In this document: piece after piece, positions 43,769 through 54,253 of the stretch | Layout of the letters: each line of letters starts with the position of its first letter | Position numbering within the stretch: position 1 is the stretch's first letter | Assembly: GCA_049322915.1 (NCBI GenBank) | Contig: JBMOPW010000014.1 | Span: forward strand, 573,527-637,526 | Reading direction: 5' to 3' | Length of the DNA: 64,000 bases | DNA from: Candidatus Zhuqueibacterota bacterium | GTDB taxonomy: Bacteria; Zhuqueibacterota; Zhuqueibacteria; Thermofontimicrobiales; Thermofontimicrobiaceae | Program-made: the position numbers and the translations under genes | Notes under the pieces: model-generated | Told to the model about the DNA's origin: nothing | Databases searched by the model: none | What the model saw: only the letters and a program-made list of their open reading frames with translations

Positions 43769-43893
43769 TAAACGATAGTTACTGATAATTTAAATTAAAA
43801 GATTTTTAAAATTGACTAATAACAAATTACTATTGTTACAAGAATAAGCTACAAGTCACTGAATTTTAATCTGGGATTAATAAAAACAATGGA

Positions 43894-46338
43894 GTGAAAA
43901 TGAAGAAACTATCAATACAAAGTTACTGTATTTCAATTGCAACAATCTTGGTATTCGTTATTTCTGGTTTTGCTCATGATAAAACAACACCACGGGGATC
44001 TTCAGTATCGCATAGTCACCCTGCTGATTCAGCATATTGGGATGATGAGCCACCACCTGGGTATTACGATTACGATTCAAATAATGCGATGGATTATAAT
44101 GTATCAAAAGGTAGTTGGACTGTTTGGGCCTTAGATCAATGGGAGATTGCTCATAATTTAACGTTAATTTCACCATCAAATACAGCTTTCAATTGTCATG
44201 CTTATGCTTGGCTTGATGCACGTGAGAATGATTCTGGAACTTGGTGTTGGATGTCATATAGCCAAGCTTCAATATTTTGGAATGATGGGAGCTATTCAGA
44301 AGTTTGCAGTAGTTATGCAACACATGTTGTGCAGGGGGACCATTCAATGGTAATTATAAATGGTGACATTGTGAGATCAAAATGGTATAAGCTCCCTGTA
44401 TTTCAACACAGCTATAATTCACATTATTATGATTCGTCAAGCAAAGTTTTTTTACGAAAAAATCCTGAGGTGCCTTCAGATTTCACATCTATTCCACAAG
44501 GCTTAAATGATGCTAAGTCTGGCCAAATAGTACACGTCGATGCAGGTTCCGATGCTCTAACTGCAAACATAACTGTTCAAGATAATAAATTACTCCAAAT
44601 ACACAATAATGTTAGTCTTGGAAGTTATTATATTACTACTAGCGGGACAGGTCAGATAGAAGTTGATTCAGGTGTTGAATATATTCGTATTATTAGAGAT
44701 TCAGAGATAAAATATCTTTGTGGGACATTAACAAATGCTTGCAATAATGCATCATCAGGAGATCGTATTGAGATTCATGGTACGCATAGCATTAGCGATA
44801 ATGCAACAGTGTCCAGCGGAGTAACTCTCTATATTTGTTCTGGGGCTATTTTAAATTTTTCATCAGGGAAAAAACTAACCATCAATGGAACTCTTACCGC
44901 AAATGGGGTCACATTTCAGGGCAGCAGCTGGTTAGGTTTGGAATTTTCTAATGCCTCGTCGTCCAGTCAGGTTATTAATTGCACGATTACCGATGCTTCT
45001 GTTGGCATTAACATGTATAATAGTGATGTTCAGGTTTCGGGGAACACTATCGAAGACAATACTACTGGAATTCTGTTTAATAACGGCTCGGACGGATCGG
45101 GTATTGTTAATGGCAATGTTGTCCAAAATAATTCGTGCTACGGGATCAGGTGTTTATCAAATTCTGATCCGTTAATATTTTCCAGCAATGTGATAACCTC
45201 TAATGGCGATTATGGCGGGATTTATGGTGGTGTTTGTGGGGATGGTTCATCTATTTTTGATCTTGGCCGTTATTCAGACCAGGGACATAACAGTATCTAC
45301 TGGAATGCTGTGTACGAGGTAGCTACCGGTTACTCGGGGACGATCTATGCCCGCTATAACTGGTGGGGTGATTCAGATCCATCTCCGTTTTTTTATGAAC
45401 CAAATGGTGATGTAGACTGGGATTATTACTTAGCCTACGACCCCAATTATATGTTAAATAAAAGTATGGCAAGGAATTCAACGTCATCGCCTGCTGTAGT
45501 CAATGTCAATGTGTCGGACGATACCGTTGGCGTAAAAGAGTTAGATGAAGCAATCTTCTATTACCAAAATGGCAAATACGATGCCGCAGCCATGCAGTTT
45601 GAAACTATCATGAACAAATACCCGGATCATTTTTCGGGCAGACGTGCCATGGTGTTTATTTACAAATGCAACAAAAAAATGAAAACTGAGGAACAAAATA
45701 TCACACTGTTAAATAACGTATCCACCAAATACTCCAATGAAGAGATTGCTGCCGTGGCCAAAAATCTCCGAACCAGCGATCTCATCAAACAAGGTGATTA
45801 TCCAGGAGCCATCGAGCAGTGCCTGGCAGTAACAAAGTCATTTTCTGAAACAGAATACAATAAATACTCCCTGTACGACCTGGGCAATATTTATTGGTAT
45901 TATTTAAACGATCCCAAAACCGGGGAAACGTATTACCGCCAGCTCATTGCTCAATATCCTGACGATCATCTGGCAATTTCAGCGTTAGCCACTCTGGGCG
46001 AATGGCAGCCTGAGGAGCCAAAGCCAGAACAACAACCCCTGACTGACCATACTGAACATGCAACATTTTCATTGGAACAAAACTATCCCAATCCCTTCAA
46101 TCCCGAGACCACCATTCGCTATCATTTAGCTGAAGCAGCCCACGTGACCATTAAAATTTATAATTTGTTAGGAGCAGAAGTGATCACCCTGATCGAGCAA
46201 TCGCAGCCTCAGGGGAATCATGCGATTCAGTGGCATGGCCGGGATCGGTTTGGTAATACAGTGGCGAATGGCGTGTATTGGCTCCGGCTGCAGGCAGGGA
46301 ACTTTGTCGGTGAGCGGAAGCTGGTGGTAGTGCGATAG
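43894..46338 (+). CDS. Secreted protein: parallel beta-helix + TPR + FlgD/T9SS-like CTD
   Basis: Signal peptide, FNCHAYAW, GNTIEDNTTGI repeats, YNWWG, TPRs, QNYPNPFNP; start probably ATG 3 to 6 nt downstream. Confidence 0.85.
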   Translation: MKMKKLSIQSYCISIATILVFVISGFAHDKTTPRGSSVSHSHPADSAYWDDEPPPGYYDYDSNNAMDYNVSKGSWTVWALDQWEIAHNLTLISPSNTAFNCHAYAWLDARENDSGTWCWMSYSQASIFWNDGSYSEVCSSYATHVVQGDHSMVIINGDIVRSKWYKLPVFQHSYNSHYYDSSSKVFLRKNPEVPSDFTSIPQGLNDAKSGQIVHVDAGSDALTANITVQDNKLLQIHNNVSLGSYYITTSGTGQIEVDSGVEYIRIIRDSEIKYLCGTLTNACNNASSGDRIEIHGTHSISDNATVSSGVTLYICSGAILNFSSGKKLTINGTLTANGVTFQGSSWLGLEFSNASSSSQVINCTITDASVGINMYNSDVQVSGNTIEDNTTGILFNNGSDGSGIVNGNVVQNNSCYGIRCLSNSDPLIFSSNVITSNGDYGGIYGGVCGDGSSIFDLGRYSDQGHNSIYWNAVYEVATGYSGTIYARYNWWGDSDPSPFFYEPNGDVDWDYYLAYDPNYMLNKSMARNSTSSPAVVNVNVSDDTVGVKELDEAIFYYQNGKYDAAAMQFETIMNKYPDHFSGRRAMVFIYKCNKKMKTEEQNITLLNNVSTKYSNEEIAAVAKNLRTSDLIKQGDYPGAIEQCLAVTKSFSETEYNKYSLYDLGNIYWYYLNDPKTGETYYRQLIAQYPDDHLAISALATLGEWQPEEPKPEQQPLTDHTEHATFSLEQNYPNPFNPETTIRYHLAEAAHVTIKIYNLLGAEVITLIEQSQPQGNHAIQWHGRDRFGNTVANGVYWLRLQAGNFVGERKLVVVR

Positions 46339-46379
46339 TGGAGTGTCGTTTGTTGTCTTTTGTCCGGCGTAGCATAATA

Positions 46380-46489
46380 ATTAACCCTACTACGTCATTT
46401 AGCAAGTTCTGCACAATATATTGTATGTTATGTTGTCAGAAAATACGATATATTGTGCTAATAATTCTAAGTGACGTTGTAGGGTTAAT
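46380..46489. mobile_element. 110-bp palindromic MITE-like element
   Basis: 23-bp terminal IRs attaaccctactacgtcatttag / ctaagtgacgttgtagggttaat (21/23) plus inner IR. Confidence 0.65.
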
Positions 46490-46662
46490 AGTGAATTGCT
46501 GACAATATTTTATTGGTCTCATAAGATTCACATGTTAATAGGCCAATTAACGATTGAAATATCAAATTGCGAAATACCTCACTTACGGGTGGGAAAATAG
46601 AATTATATACCAGGTTTCTCGAAGAGGCCAGGTATATTTTCCATCCTTAACTGAGGTTAGAC

Positions 46663-46782
46663 GATTGTTCAAGGAAGATGACTTTTTATTCTGTATGTGC
46701 GATACATAATCGCCGATGCCCTAATTTTATTACAACAAGCGATTCACCTCGCAGGCGACAAACGCGGGACTCTGTGCTGCTG
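46663..46782 (+). repeat. 120-bp direct repeat, right boundary of AT-rich island
   Basis: Close copy of 38626-38745. Confidence 0.85.
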
Positions 46783-47202
46783 TGTTCGGCCATGAAATAC
46801 GTGTCGGTCGCCTTTTCGGGATCGGCGCGAATTGGTTTGAACTGCAAGAAAGATAGCGTGATAGCCTGTTGATATTTCAACCGGAGAAATAGCTGTAGTG
46901 ATAATAAACTAAAGCTAAATTGGTTTTCGGTTTTCACCAGTAAGTCCTCTTCTTTCCAGGAGAGGGTATTGGTGAGTTTTAAAATAAGAATCCGAAAATC
47001 ATTTTTTTGTATCTACTCAGGTTTCAGGTTTCAAGGTTCCCGGTTCCGGGTTAAAAAGAATTTTTGTCGCTATTCAGGCAGGTAGTCTTGCCACGAAGTC
47101 ACCAAGCCACAAAGCTACACGAAGATGTCATATTTTTCATTCATAATTTTGTGAGATTGAATTTTGTTTAAACCAAGTTCAGCATTTCTGAATCGATAAT
47201 TC

Positions 47203-47368
47203 AGCCTGCATTATTCATCGTATTTTTAAAGGAGGCTGGCTAACCTGAATGGTGCTCTTTTTAGAGTAAACGTATAAAAACTGAGTTTCAAAATAGCTTA
47301 GCCTTTAGCTAATTGAAAATCTGAATGTTGACTCAAATTCTGAGCAAGTTCATGAATAATTCAGGTTA
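47203..47368. mobile_element. 166-bp MITE copy 2
   Basis: 3 mismatches to 7620-7785. Confidence 0.8.
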
Positions 47369-47556
47369 GATGTATTTTTTTCTTCGTGCCTTTGAGACTT
47401 TGTGGCTGAGCAGTTACGTTTTTTTTAAGTATACAAAAAACCTGTATTGTTCGTCGGCAATCCAGGTTTTCGAATATTGAATGACTTTGATTTTATGCCG
47501 CTCGCAACAGAGAGAGGGCGCCATGATTCAGAAATAGGCGCGAGTTGAATCTGACA

Positions 47557-49746
47557 TCAGGTATCGATGATCATGGTCAGCGAAATACGTCCTGTCTCCG
47601 GCTTCACGGACAGGACTTTCACCTTCACGTTCTGGCCGACATTGACGACGTCGATGGGGTTTTTGACGAAGCGTTTTGCCAGTTGGCTTTTATGGACCAG
47701 CCCATCGTTTTTCACGCCGATGTCCACAAACGCGCCAAAGTCCACCACGTTGCGCACAGTCCCTTCGAGGATCATGCCTTCGGTGAGGTCTTCAATTTTC
47801 AGCACATCGCGCCGGAAAATAGGCTTGGGCAATTCTTCACGCGGGTCAAGATTAGGTTTAGCGAGGCTGACGATGATGTCCTCCATGGTCGGCAGACCGG
47901 TGCCGCACTTTTCGGCTAATTTCTGCACCGTCAGCTTTTTGGAGCGAATCCGCTGCTCCAACAGCTCGCCATGTCCCTGAATCGCCGCGCTGTCTAGTTC
48001 CAGTTCAGACAGTAATTTTTCAGCGACGCCATAGGACTCCGGGTGAACCGCGGTGAAGTCGAAGAAGTTCTCCGCGCCGGGGATTCTCAAAAAACCGGCG
48101 CACTGGGTGAAGGCCATTTCGCCCATGCCCTTCACATCTTTCAACTGCGTGCGATTGTCAAATTTGCCTCGGGTATCCCTCACATCCACGATATTTTCAG
48201 CGACGCGGCTGTTGATGCCTGCCACGTATTGCAACAGGGCTTTGGAAGCGGTATTCAAATTTACGCCCACGTAATTGACGCACGATTCGACAACCTGGTC
48301 CAGCATTCTGCTCAATTTCGCCTGGTTCACATCGTGCTGATACAGGCCTACGCCGATGGACTTGGGATCGATTTTCACCAATTCGGACAGCGGGTCTAAC
48401 AAGCGCCGGGCGATGGAAATTGCGCCGCGCATGGAGACATCCAGTTCAGGGAATTCTTCCTTGGCCAGCGGCGAGGCGGAGTACACCGACGCGCCCGCTT
48501 CATTGACGATGAGGTATGAAAGATCGCTTTCATAGGCTTCGATCACTTCAATGGCCAGGCTTTCGGTTTCGCGGGAAGCTGTGCCATTGCCAATGGAAAT
48601 GATCTGCACGTTGAACGTGGCGCACAGATCCAGCAGCGTTTCTTTGGCGTCGGCCCACATATTTTGCGGGGCATGCGGGTAGATGGTCACGCCTTTCAGA
48701 AATTTCCCGGTCGGATCGATGACAGCGACTTTGGAGCCGGTTCTGAAACCGGGATCGACGCCCATGATTGTCGCGCCGTGCACCGGCGGCGACAGCAATA
48801 AATTCCGCAAATTCTTGGCAAAGATTTCGATGGCGTGCTCGTCGGCTTTTTCAGTGAGCTGGCTTCGGATTTCCCGCTCAATGGACGGCGAAATGAGCCG
48901 ATGAAAGGAATCGGCAATGGCCATTTTCAACTCAGGATGAAAGAGCGATGCGTTGTTGGTTAGATACGTCCGTTCAATCTCAGCGATGCACTGATCTTCC
49001 GGCACTTCAACATTCACTTTGAGAAATCCCTCCTTTTCCCCGCGATTGATAGCCAGCGTCTGATAGGGCTGAAATTTCGATACTGGCTGGTCGAACTCCG
49101 CATACACCTGGTAATTGCCGAGGTCCTCTGTTTTTGCTTCAGAATGAAGGATGCCATGGGTTTGAAAAATCTCCCGGATGACCTTTCGCATCTCCGCATC
49201 ATCGGAGACGTTCTCCGCGCAGATATCCCTCGCTCCGGCGAGCGCTTCATCGGCGCTGGCCACGCCCTTTTCTTCATCGACAAACGAAGCGATGAACGCC
49301 TGGTAATCTTCAATGTCCGTGACCAGTTTCATCATGGCTTCGGCCAGGGGCTCCAGTCCCTTTTCTTTGGCGATGGTGGCGCGGGTGCGTTTTTTCGGTT
49401 TGTACGGCAGATACAGGTCTTCCACCTCCTGCAGCTTGCTGGCGTCTTCAATTTTTTTTCTCAGTTCAGGCGTGAGCTTGCCCTGCTTTTCAATGGAATT
49501 GAGCACTGTATCCTTCCGGGCGTCAAGCACGCGCAGGGTGCGAATGCGGTCTTCCACGGCGCGTATCTGCTCTTCATCGAGATTGCCGGTCGCCTCTTTC
49601 CTGTACCGCGCGATGAATGGCACGGTATTTTCAGTATCCAGTAATTCGATGGTCCGTTCCACCTGGGTCGCGCGCAACCCCAGTTCTTCCGCGATTGTCT
49701 TGATATGTTTATTTTCAGCCATATGAATGTACCTGTCTTTGCTCAA
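47557..49746 (-). CDS. tex: Tex family RNA-binding transcriptional accessory protein
   Basis: TVPFIARYRKEATG, DPGFRTG, EAGASVYSAS, C-terminal S1. Confidence 0.96.
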   Translation of the reverse strand: MSKDRYIHMAENKHIKTIAEELGLRATQVERTIELLDTENTVPFIARYRKEATGNLDEEQIRAVEDRIRTLRVLDARKDTVLNSIEKQGKLTPELRKKIEDASKLQEVEDLYLPYKPKKRTRATIAKEKGLEPLAEAMMKLVTDIEDYQAFIASFVDEEKGVASADEALAGARDICAENVSDDAEMRKVIREIFQTHGILHSEAKTEDLGNYQVYAEFDQPVSKFQPYQTLAINRGEKEGFLKVNVEVPEDQCIAEIERTYLTNNASLFHPELKMAIADSFHRLISPSIEREIRSQLTEKADEHAIEIFAKNLRNLLLSPPVHGATIMGVDPGFRTGSKVAVIDPTGKFLKGVTIYPHAPQNMWADAKETLLDLCATFNVQIISIGNGTASRETESLAIEVIEAYESDLSYLIVNEAGASVYSASPLAKEEFPELDVSMRGAISIARRLLDPLSELVKIDPKSIGVGLYQHDVNQAKLSRMLDQVVESCVNYVGVNLNTASKALLQYVAGINSRVAENIVDVRDTRGKFDNRTQLKDVKGMGEMAFTQCAGFLRIPGAENFFDFTAVHPESYGVAEKLLSELELDSAAIQGHGELLEQRIRSKKLTVQKLAEKCGTGLPTMEDIIVSLAKPNLDPREELPKPIFRRDVLKIEDLTEGMILEGTVRNVVDFGAFVDIGVKNDGLVHKSQLAKRFVKNPIDVVNVGQNVKVKVLSVKPETGRISLTMIIDT

Positions 49747-50323
49747 TCAATTCGATTTCTCGGTTGAACCTAAAGTGAGTGATCAGCGAACAGCATTCAG
49801 CTATCAGCTCTCTCAAAAACAATAAATAGAAACAGTTGCAAGGTTTCATTCATTTGGTGATAGGATAATTCCATCTGACCATACTGTTTTTTTGTCGCTG
49901 AACGCTAAAAGCTATTCACTTCTTTTAGGTTGAAATTAATATCGCCCAAATTTAAGACTTTTTTTTAAAGTTGCAAGAAGTTTATTTTGAAATTTATCCT
50001 GGAAAATAGGACGGCTTCATGCCGGGAGTGAATGAGGATAATTGTTTGCTGTTTAACCACATGATCGCGCCGGATATTCATTCATCGCGGGCAATGGCAG
50101 GTACAGAGGCGCGGGAGGCTTTGTCTGAATTTTCAACGCCGGCTATTTGCTCCACGGAGGAATCACATGCGTTTAAAAATAGCGTGTCAGTCTCGATCCG
50201 TTTCGATGGAGATAGGCTTACCCTGAGCCAACAAAGAATGTCGCTGTGTCGCTCAATCAAATTGGGCTTCATCAATCTCCGCTCGTCTTCTATGAGCGGA
50301 GATCGATGCGCGTGTTACAGAAG

Positions 50324-51571
50324 TCATTCTTTCCCGGCCCATATCTGGCATAAATTCACGATCACATCCACAGCCTTTTGCATATCCTGAACTGAAACCC
50401 ATTCCAGTTTTGAATGGAAGTTATGGCCGCCGGTGAAAATATTCGGCGTGAGTAGTCCCTGGAAGGAGAGCCGCGAACCATCGGTTCCGCCGCGGATGAT
50501 ATTTTTCACCGGATCGATGCCGCTTCGGCGGATGGCCTCAAGGGCGTATTCCGTGACCTTTGGCGCTTCGTCCAATTTGAATTTCATATTGCGGTAGGAT
50601 TCCTGCACTTCAAATTCCAGAGTCGCCCTGGGATAGTCTGCGACTATCTTTTCAGCCATTTTTTTCAAGAAGTCCTCGTGCCGTTTCAAACCTTCCACCG
50701 TGAAATCGCGGATGAGAAATTTGATGGTTGTGGCTTCGACATTTCCGGACATACTATTGGGATGAACATAGCCCTGGCGTTTTTCTGTCGTCTCCGGTGA
50801 GAGGCTATCCGCGGGAAGCTGATCCAGCAATCGACCGGCGATTTTCAGCGAATTCACCATTTTGCCTTTGGCATAGCCAGGATGCACATTGACTCCTCTG
50901 ATGGTGACGTTGACTGAGTCCGCGCAGAAGGTTTCATCCTCCACCTCGCCCAGCGTCTCTCCGTCGATGGTGTAGGCATAGTCAGCGCCAAATTTTTTGA
51001 TGTCGAAAAATTTTGTCCCTTCGCCGACTTCCTCGTCCGGGGTAACAGCCACGCGGATTTTACCATGTTTCAATTCCGGGTGCTGCACGAGAATGTGGAG
51101 CGCATCAAAAATCTCGGCAATGCCGGCCTTGTTGTCCGCGCCGAGCAAGGTGGTCCCGTCCGAGGTGATGATGTCATTGCCGATCTGCTGGGACAGGGCA
51201 GGATTGTCATGGCTGTGAATAATCTGGGACGTGTCGCCGGTGAGAATGATGTCGCCGCCCTGATAATTCCCATGAATCGCCGGCTTGACATCTTTTCCTG
51301 AGACGTCCGGGGATGTATCCATGTGGGCGATAAGCCCGATGACCGGGACCGGCTTTTGGACATTGGATTCCAGCGTGGCCATCACATAGCCGTGTTCGTC
51401 CATGTGGGCGTCGGCCAGGCCAATTTGCTTCAACTCGTTCACCAATACGGCGCCCAGTACTTTCTGCTTTTCTGTGCTGGGGAAGGTTGTTGCGCCTTCT
51501 GCGGATTGCGTATCATAGGTGACGTAGTGGAGAAACCGTTCTGTCACGGTGTAATTCGTTTCTTTGCTCAT
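50324..51571 (-). CDS. pepT: Peptidase T
   Basis: AHMDTSPD, LGADNKAG, TPDEE, IRGGTDG, GHNFH. Confidence 0.95.
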   Translation of the reverse strand: MSKETNYTVTERFLHYVTYDTQSAEGATTFPSTEKQKVLGAVLVNELKQIGLADAHMDEHGYVMATLESNVQKPVPVIGLIAHMDTSPDVSGKDVKPAIHGNYQGGDIILTGDTSQIIHSHDNPALSQQIGNDIITSDGTTLLGADNKAGIAEIFDALHILVQHPELKHGKIRVAVTPDEEVGEGTKFFDIKKFGADYAYTIDGETLGEVEDETFCADSVNVTIRGVNVHPGYAKGKMVNSLKIAGRLLDQLPADSLSPETTEKRQGYVHPNSMSGNVEATTIKFLIRDFTVEGLKRHEDFLKKMAEKIVADYPRATLEFEVQESYRNMKFKLDEAPKVTEYALEAIRRSGIDPVKNIIRGGTDGSRLSFQGLLTPNIFTGGHNFHSKLEWVSVQDMQKAVDVIVNLCQIWAGKE

Positions 51572-51636
51572 GAGAATAACTCCTTTTCATTATTCAGTGG
51601 GTTAAATTCGACTTCAATGCAGCGGTCGGCGGATAT

Positions 51637-52551
51637 TCATTCCGGAGGGAGCGTTGTCCCGCTCTGCATTTTTTCGGCAAACTCCTCGGCCTCGCGACGG
51701 GACAGGCCGGCGGTCAGGGCGGATGCCAGCCAGTTGGGCGACGCCGGCAGCGTGGCCAGCACTTTTTGCACAACCTGCCGTTCGAGCCGCGACAGATACA
51801 CCGAGTCTAACATATAATCTTCAAACGCTTCCCAGGTAATGGGCAGCGCGATTTTGACGATCGCAGCGATGGCTTCGGCATAGACGCGGATTTCGTGCTG
51901 GGCCGTGGGATGGAGTCGGAGTTGCAAAAAATGCAACAGATTGTGCAGATTGATTTTCCAGTACCATTCGGTATACAGAGAGACCGGCAGATGAATTCGG
52001 GCAAGCTCCCGCGCAATTTCGGCCTGCTCCATCTCTTCGTAAAGCGCAAACGACTCCTGCGCCTGGCGGGTTAAAATATCCAGCACGCGCGCCTGGAGCT
52101 CTGAGGGAACCGTCTCAGCCGATCCGCCCTGTCGATTGGTTTTGGATTGAAAACGAATCGCTTCCGGCGTTGGGGTGTAAAATTGATTGATCGCTTCGGA
52201 GTAGCGCAGCGAATATTCATTCACGCTGGCGGTGCGGTGCCGAATCCATTGCCGCGCCACGAAAATAGGCAGCTTGCAATGAAATTTGAATTCGACCATT
52301 TCGAACGGCGTGGTGTGCTGATGCCGCATCAGATAGCGGATCAGGCTCCGATCCTGTTGCACTTGTTTTGTCCCTTTGCCATAGGACACGCGCGCCGCCT
52401 GGACAATGGATTCGTCCGTGCCCATGTAATCGATGAGCCGGATAAAACCGTGATCCAGGCAGGGATATTCCTGACCCAGGATGGCATTGAGCCGCGGATT
52501 TTCTTTTCGTTCCATCATTTGATTGGCGCTCCCTGTTTGTTTTTGGAGCAT
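51637..52551 (-). CDS. thyX: FAD-dependent thymidylate synthase
   Basis: RQWIRHRTASVNEYSLRY signature. Confidence 0.95.
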   Translation of the reverse strand: MLQKQTGSANQMMERKENPRLNAILGQEYPCLDHGFIRLIDYMGTDESIVQAARVSYGKGTKQVQQDRSLIRYLMRHQHTTPFEMVEFKFHCKLPIFVARQWIRHRTASVNEYSLRYSEAINQFYTPTPEAIRFQSKTNRQGGSAETVPSELQARVLDILTRQAQESFALYEEMEQAEIARELARIHLPVSLYTEWYWKINLHNLLHFLQLRLHPTAQHEIRVYAEAIAAIVKIALPITWEAFEDYMLDSVYLSRLERQVVQKVLATLPASPNWLASALTAGLSRREAEEFAEKMQSGTTLPPE

Positions 52552-52577
52552 TAATATAGAAAAAACTCAGGTAAGAG

Positions 52578-54221
52578 TCAATTTATTTTATAGAAAAACG
52601 TATCTTCGTTGTTGATGTAATTATCGAAAATGCGATAGGATCGAATCAGCCGAACATTGCTCAGATAGTCAGGCATTTTCTTGCGCAGCCGGTCCAGTTC
52701 ATTTTTATCCTGCAAAATGAGGAAGCGGGGCTTCTGCTGCAAGAAGCGGTGCCGTTCAGTTTCCTCCCTGAAACGGATGTTGACGGCTTTGATGCTCAGT
52801 TCTGTGGCAACGAGCGGGGCAATATCCCCGGCAATCACGCGATCCTGTTTCGGCGCGAGCATGATGGTTTGCTCAATGTCCTTCATCGCCGAGTGATACG
52901 AATATCGGATGCCGGCGTGATAATGCCCAATCTGAAAAATATTCAGACCGAGCATGAGTCCCAATAGACCAAAGGCGATTCGGCCCGGTCGTTGAATTTT
53001 CGGGAGGAAACTGAGCAGCAGGATGGCTGCCAGCGAAACCAGCGGCAGAAAGCAACTCAGGTAATAATGGCCGTCGCGCATCAGTCGGAATATACCGAAA
53101 CCGATTTGCAGACCGGCGACCAGGGCGGTGACGAGCAATAGCAACTGGTGTTGCCGGCGTTGCAGTAAATACTCCCCTCGAATCAGCCTGGCTAAAAAGA
53201 GGCTGGCGAGACCGAAAATGACAGGCGTCAGAATCAGCGAAAAACGCGGCGGGGAATAGGCGAAGAAACCTAAAAACAGGAATGCGCACAACGCCCAGCC
53301 GGCGAAGAATTGTTCTGCAAAAGTGATCGGCTTGTTCCTGACCCGGTTGAGCAGAATGAGTCCGGCGTGGAAAAGAGCCAACGTGTAGGTCACTGGCATG
53401 AACTGAAATAGCTTTAAATTAACGAGATAACGGCCGTAGTTCTCTAAAATCCGGGCAGGAGAAAAACTGAACTTCGCCGCGACATTCAATTGGGTGAAGT
53501 AGCGCCAATCGGCCTGGTGCGGAAGCACCCAGACAAGAAAGCTGATTACGGCCAACAGCGCCACGGCGACCAATAGCAGAAGCAGGTGCTTTATTTTCGA
53601 GCGCCGGGGTTGGGTCGTTGAAAAAATAGCGAGCAAAAAGAGCGGACTGAAAAAGAGGATGGTCGGCTTCACAAAAAAGCCGGCGACAAAGAACAGGGCA
53701 GACACAAGAAGCCAGACGAGTCTGGTTTTTCTTTGGTAGAGAAAAAGGAAAAGCGTGATCGCCATTAAAAACAAAACCAGTAGATTTTCAATCAGCGCCA
53801 GGCGATTGTAGATGATGAAAAAGTAATTGCTGGCGCCAAGCGCGAGCGCCATCCACGCGGCCTGCCGATTCGCCGGGCGGAGCAGAATCCAAAGCAGGAG
53901 CAGGGAGCACAGCCCGTAAGCAATGCCTCCGAGGCGAAGGGCGGTGAGGCTCTTTCCGAACATTTTCAAAATCACATATTGAAAAACGGAGAAGATCGGG
54001 ACATTGGAGATAGGATTGTAATCGTCGGGTAGAAACCATTGGCCGAATAGCGCCTTGTTCACGGCGTTGTGGGCGTATGTCCCTTCATCCACATAAAAAA
54101 CGCCGGAGCGGGAAATATCCCCGGCCGGGGCGTCGCCGGCGAGATGCGGGTAGCGAAACAAAAATGCAGCCAGGAGAATGAGCAGCAGCGGGATGAGGCT
54201 ATTTTTTACATGGATGGTCAT
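52578..54221 (-). CDS. GT-C (ArnT/PMT-like) membrane glycosyltransferase
   Basis: DEGTY after first TM, many TM helices, adjacent GT2. Confidence 0.8.
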   Translation of the reverse strand: MTIHVKNSLIPLLLILLAAFLFRYPHLAGDAPAGDISRSGVFYVDEGTYAHNAVNKALFGQWFLPDDYNPISNVPIFSVFQYVILKMFGKSLTALRLGGIAYGLCSLLLLWILLRPANRQAAWMALALGASNYFFIIYNRLALIENLLVLFLMAITLFLFLYQRKTRLVWLLVSALFFVAGFFVKPTILFFSPLFLLAIFSTTQPRRSKIKHLLLLLVAVALLAVISFLVWVLPHQADWRYFTQLNVAAKFSFSPARILENYGRYLVNLKLFQFMPVTYTLALFHAGLILLNRVRNKPITFAEQFFAGWALCAFLFLGFFAYSPPRFSLILTPVIFGLASLFLARLIRGEYLLQRRQHQLLLLVTALVAGLQIGFGIFRLMRDGHYYLSCFLPLVSLAAILLLSFLPKIQRPGRIAFGLLGLMLGLNIFQIGHYHAGIRYSYHSAMKDIEQTIMLAPKQDRVIAGDIAPLVATELSIKAVNIRFREETERHRFLQQKPRFLILQDKNELDRLRKKMPDYLSNVRLIRSYRIFDNYINNEDTFFYKIN

Positions 54222-54253
54222 GGTTTTTTCAATGTCTCCGCCGGAACGAAATT

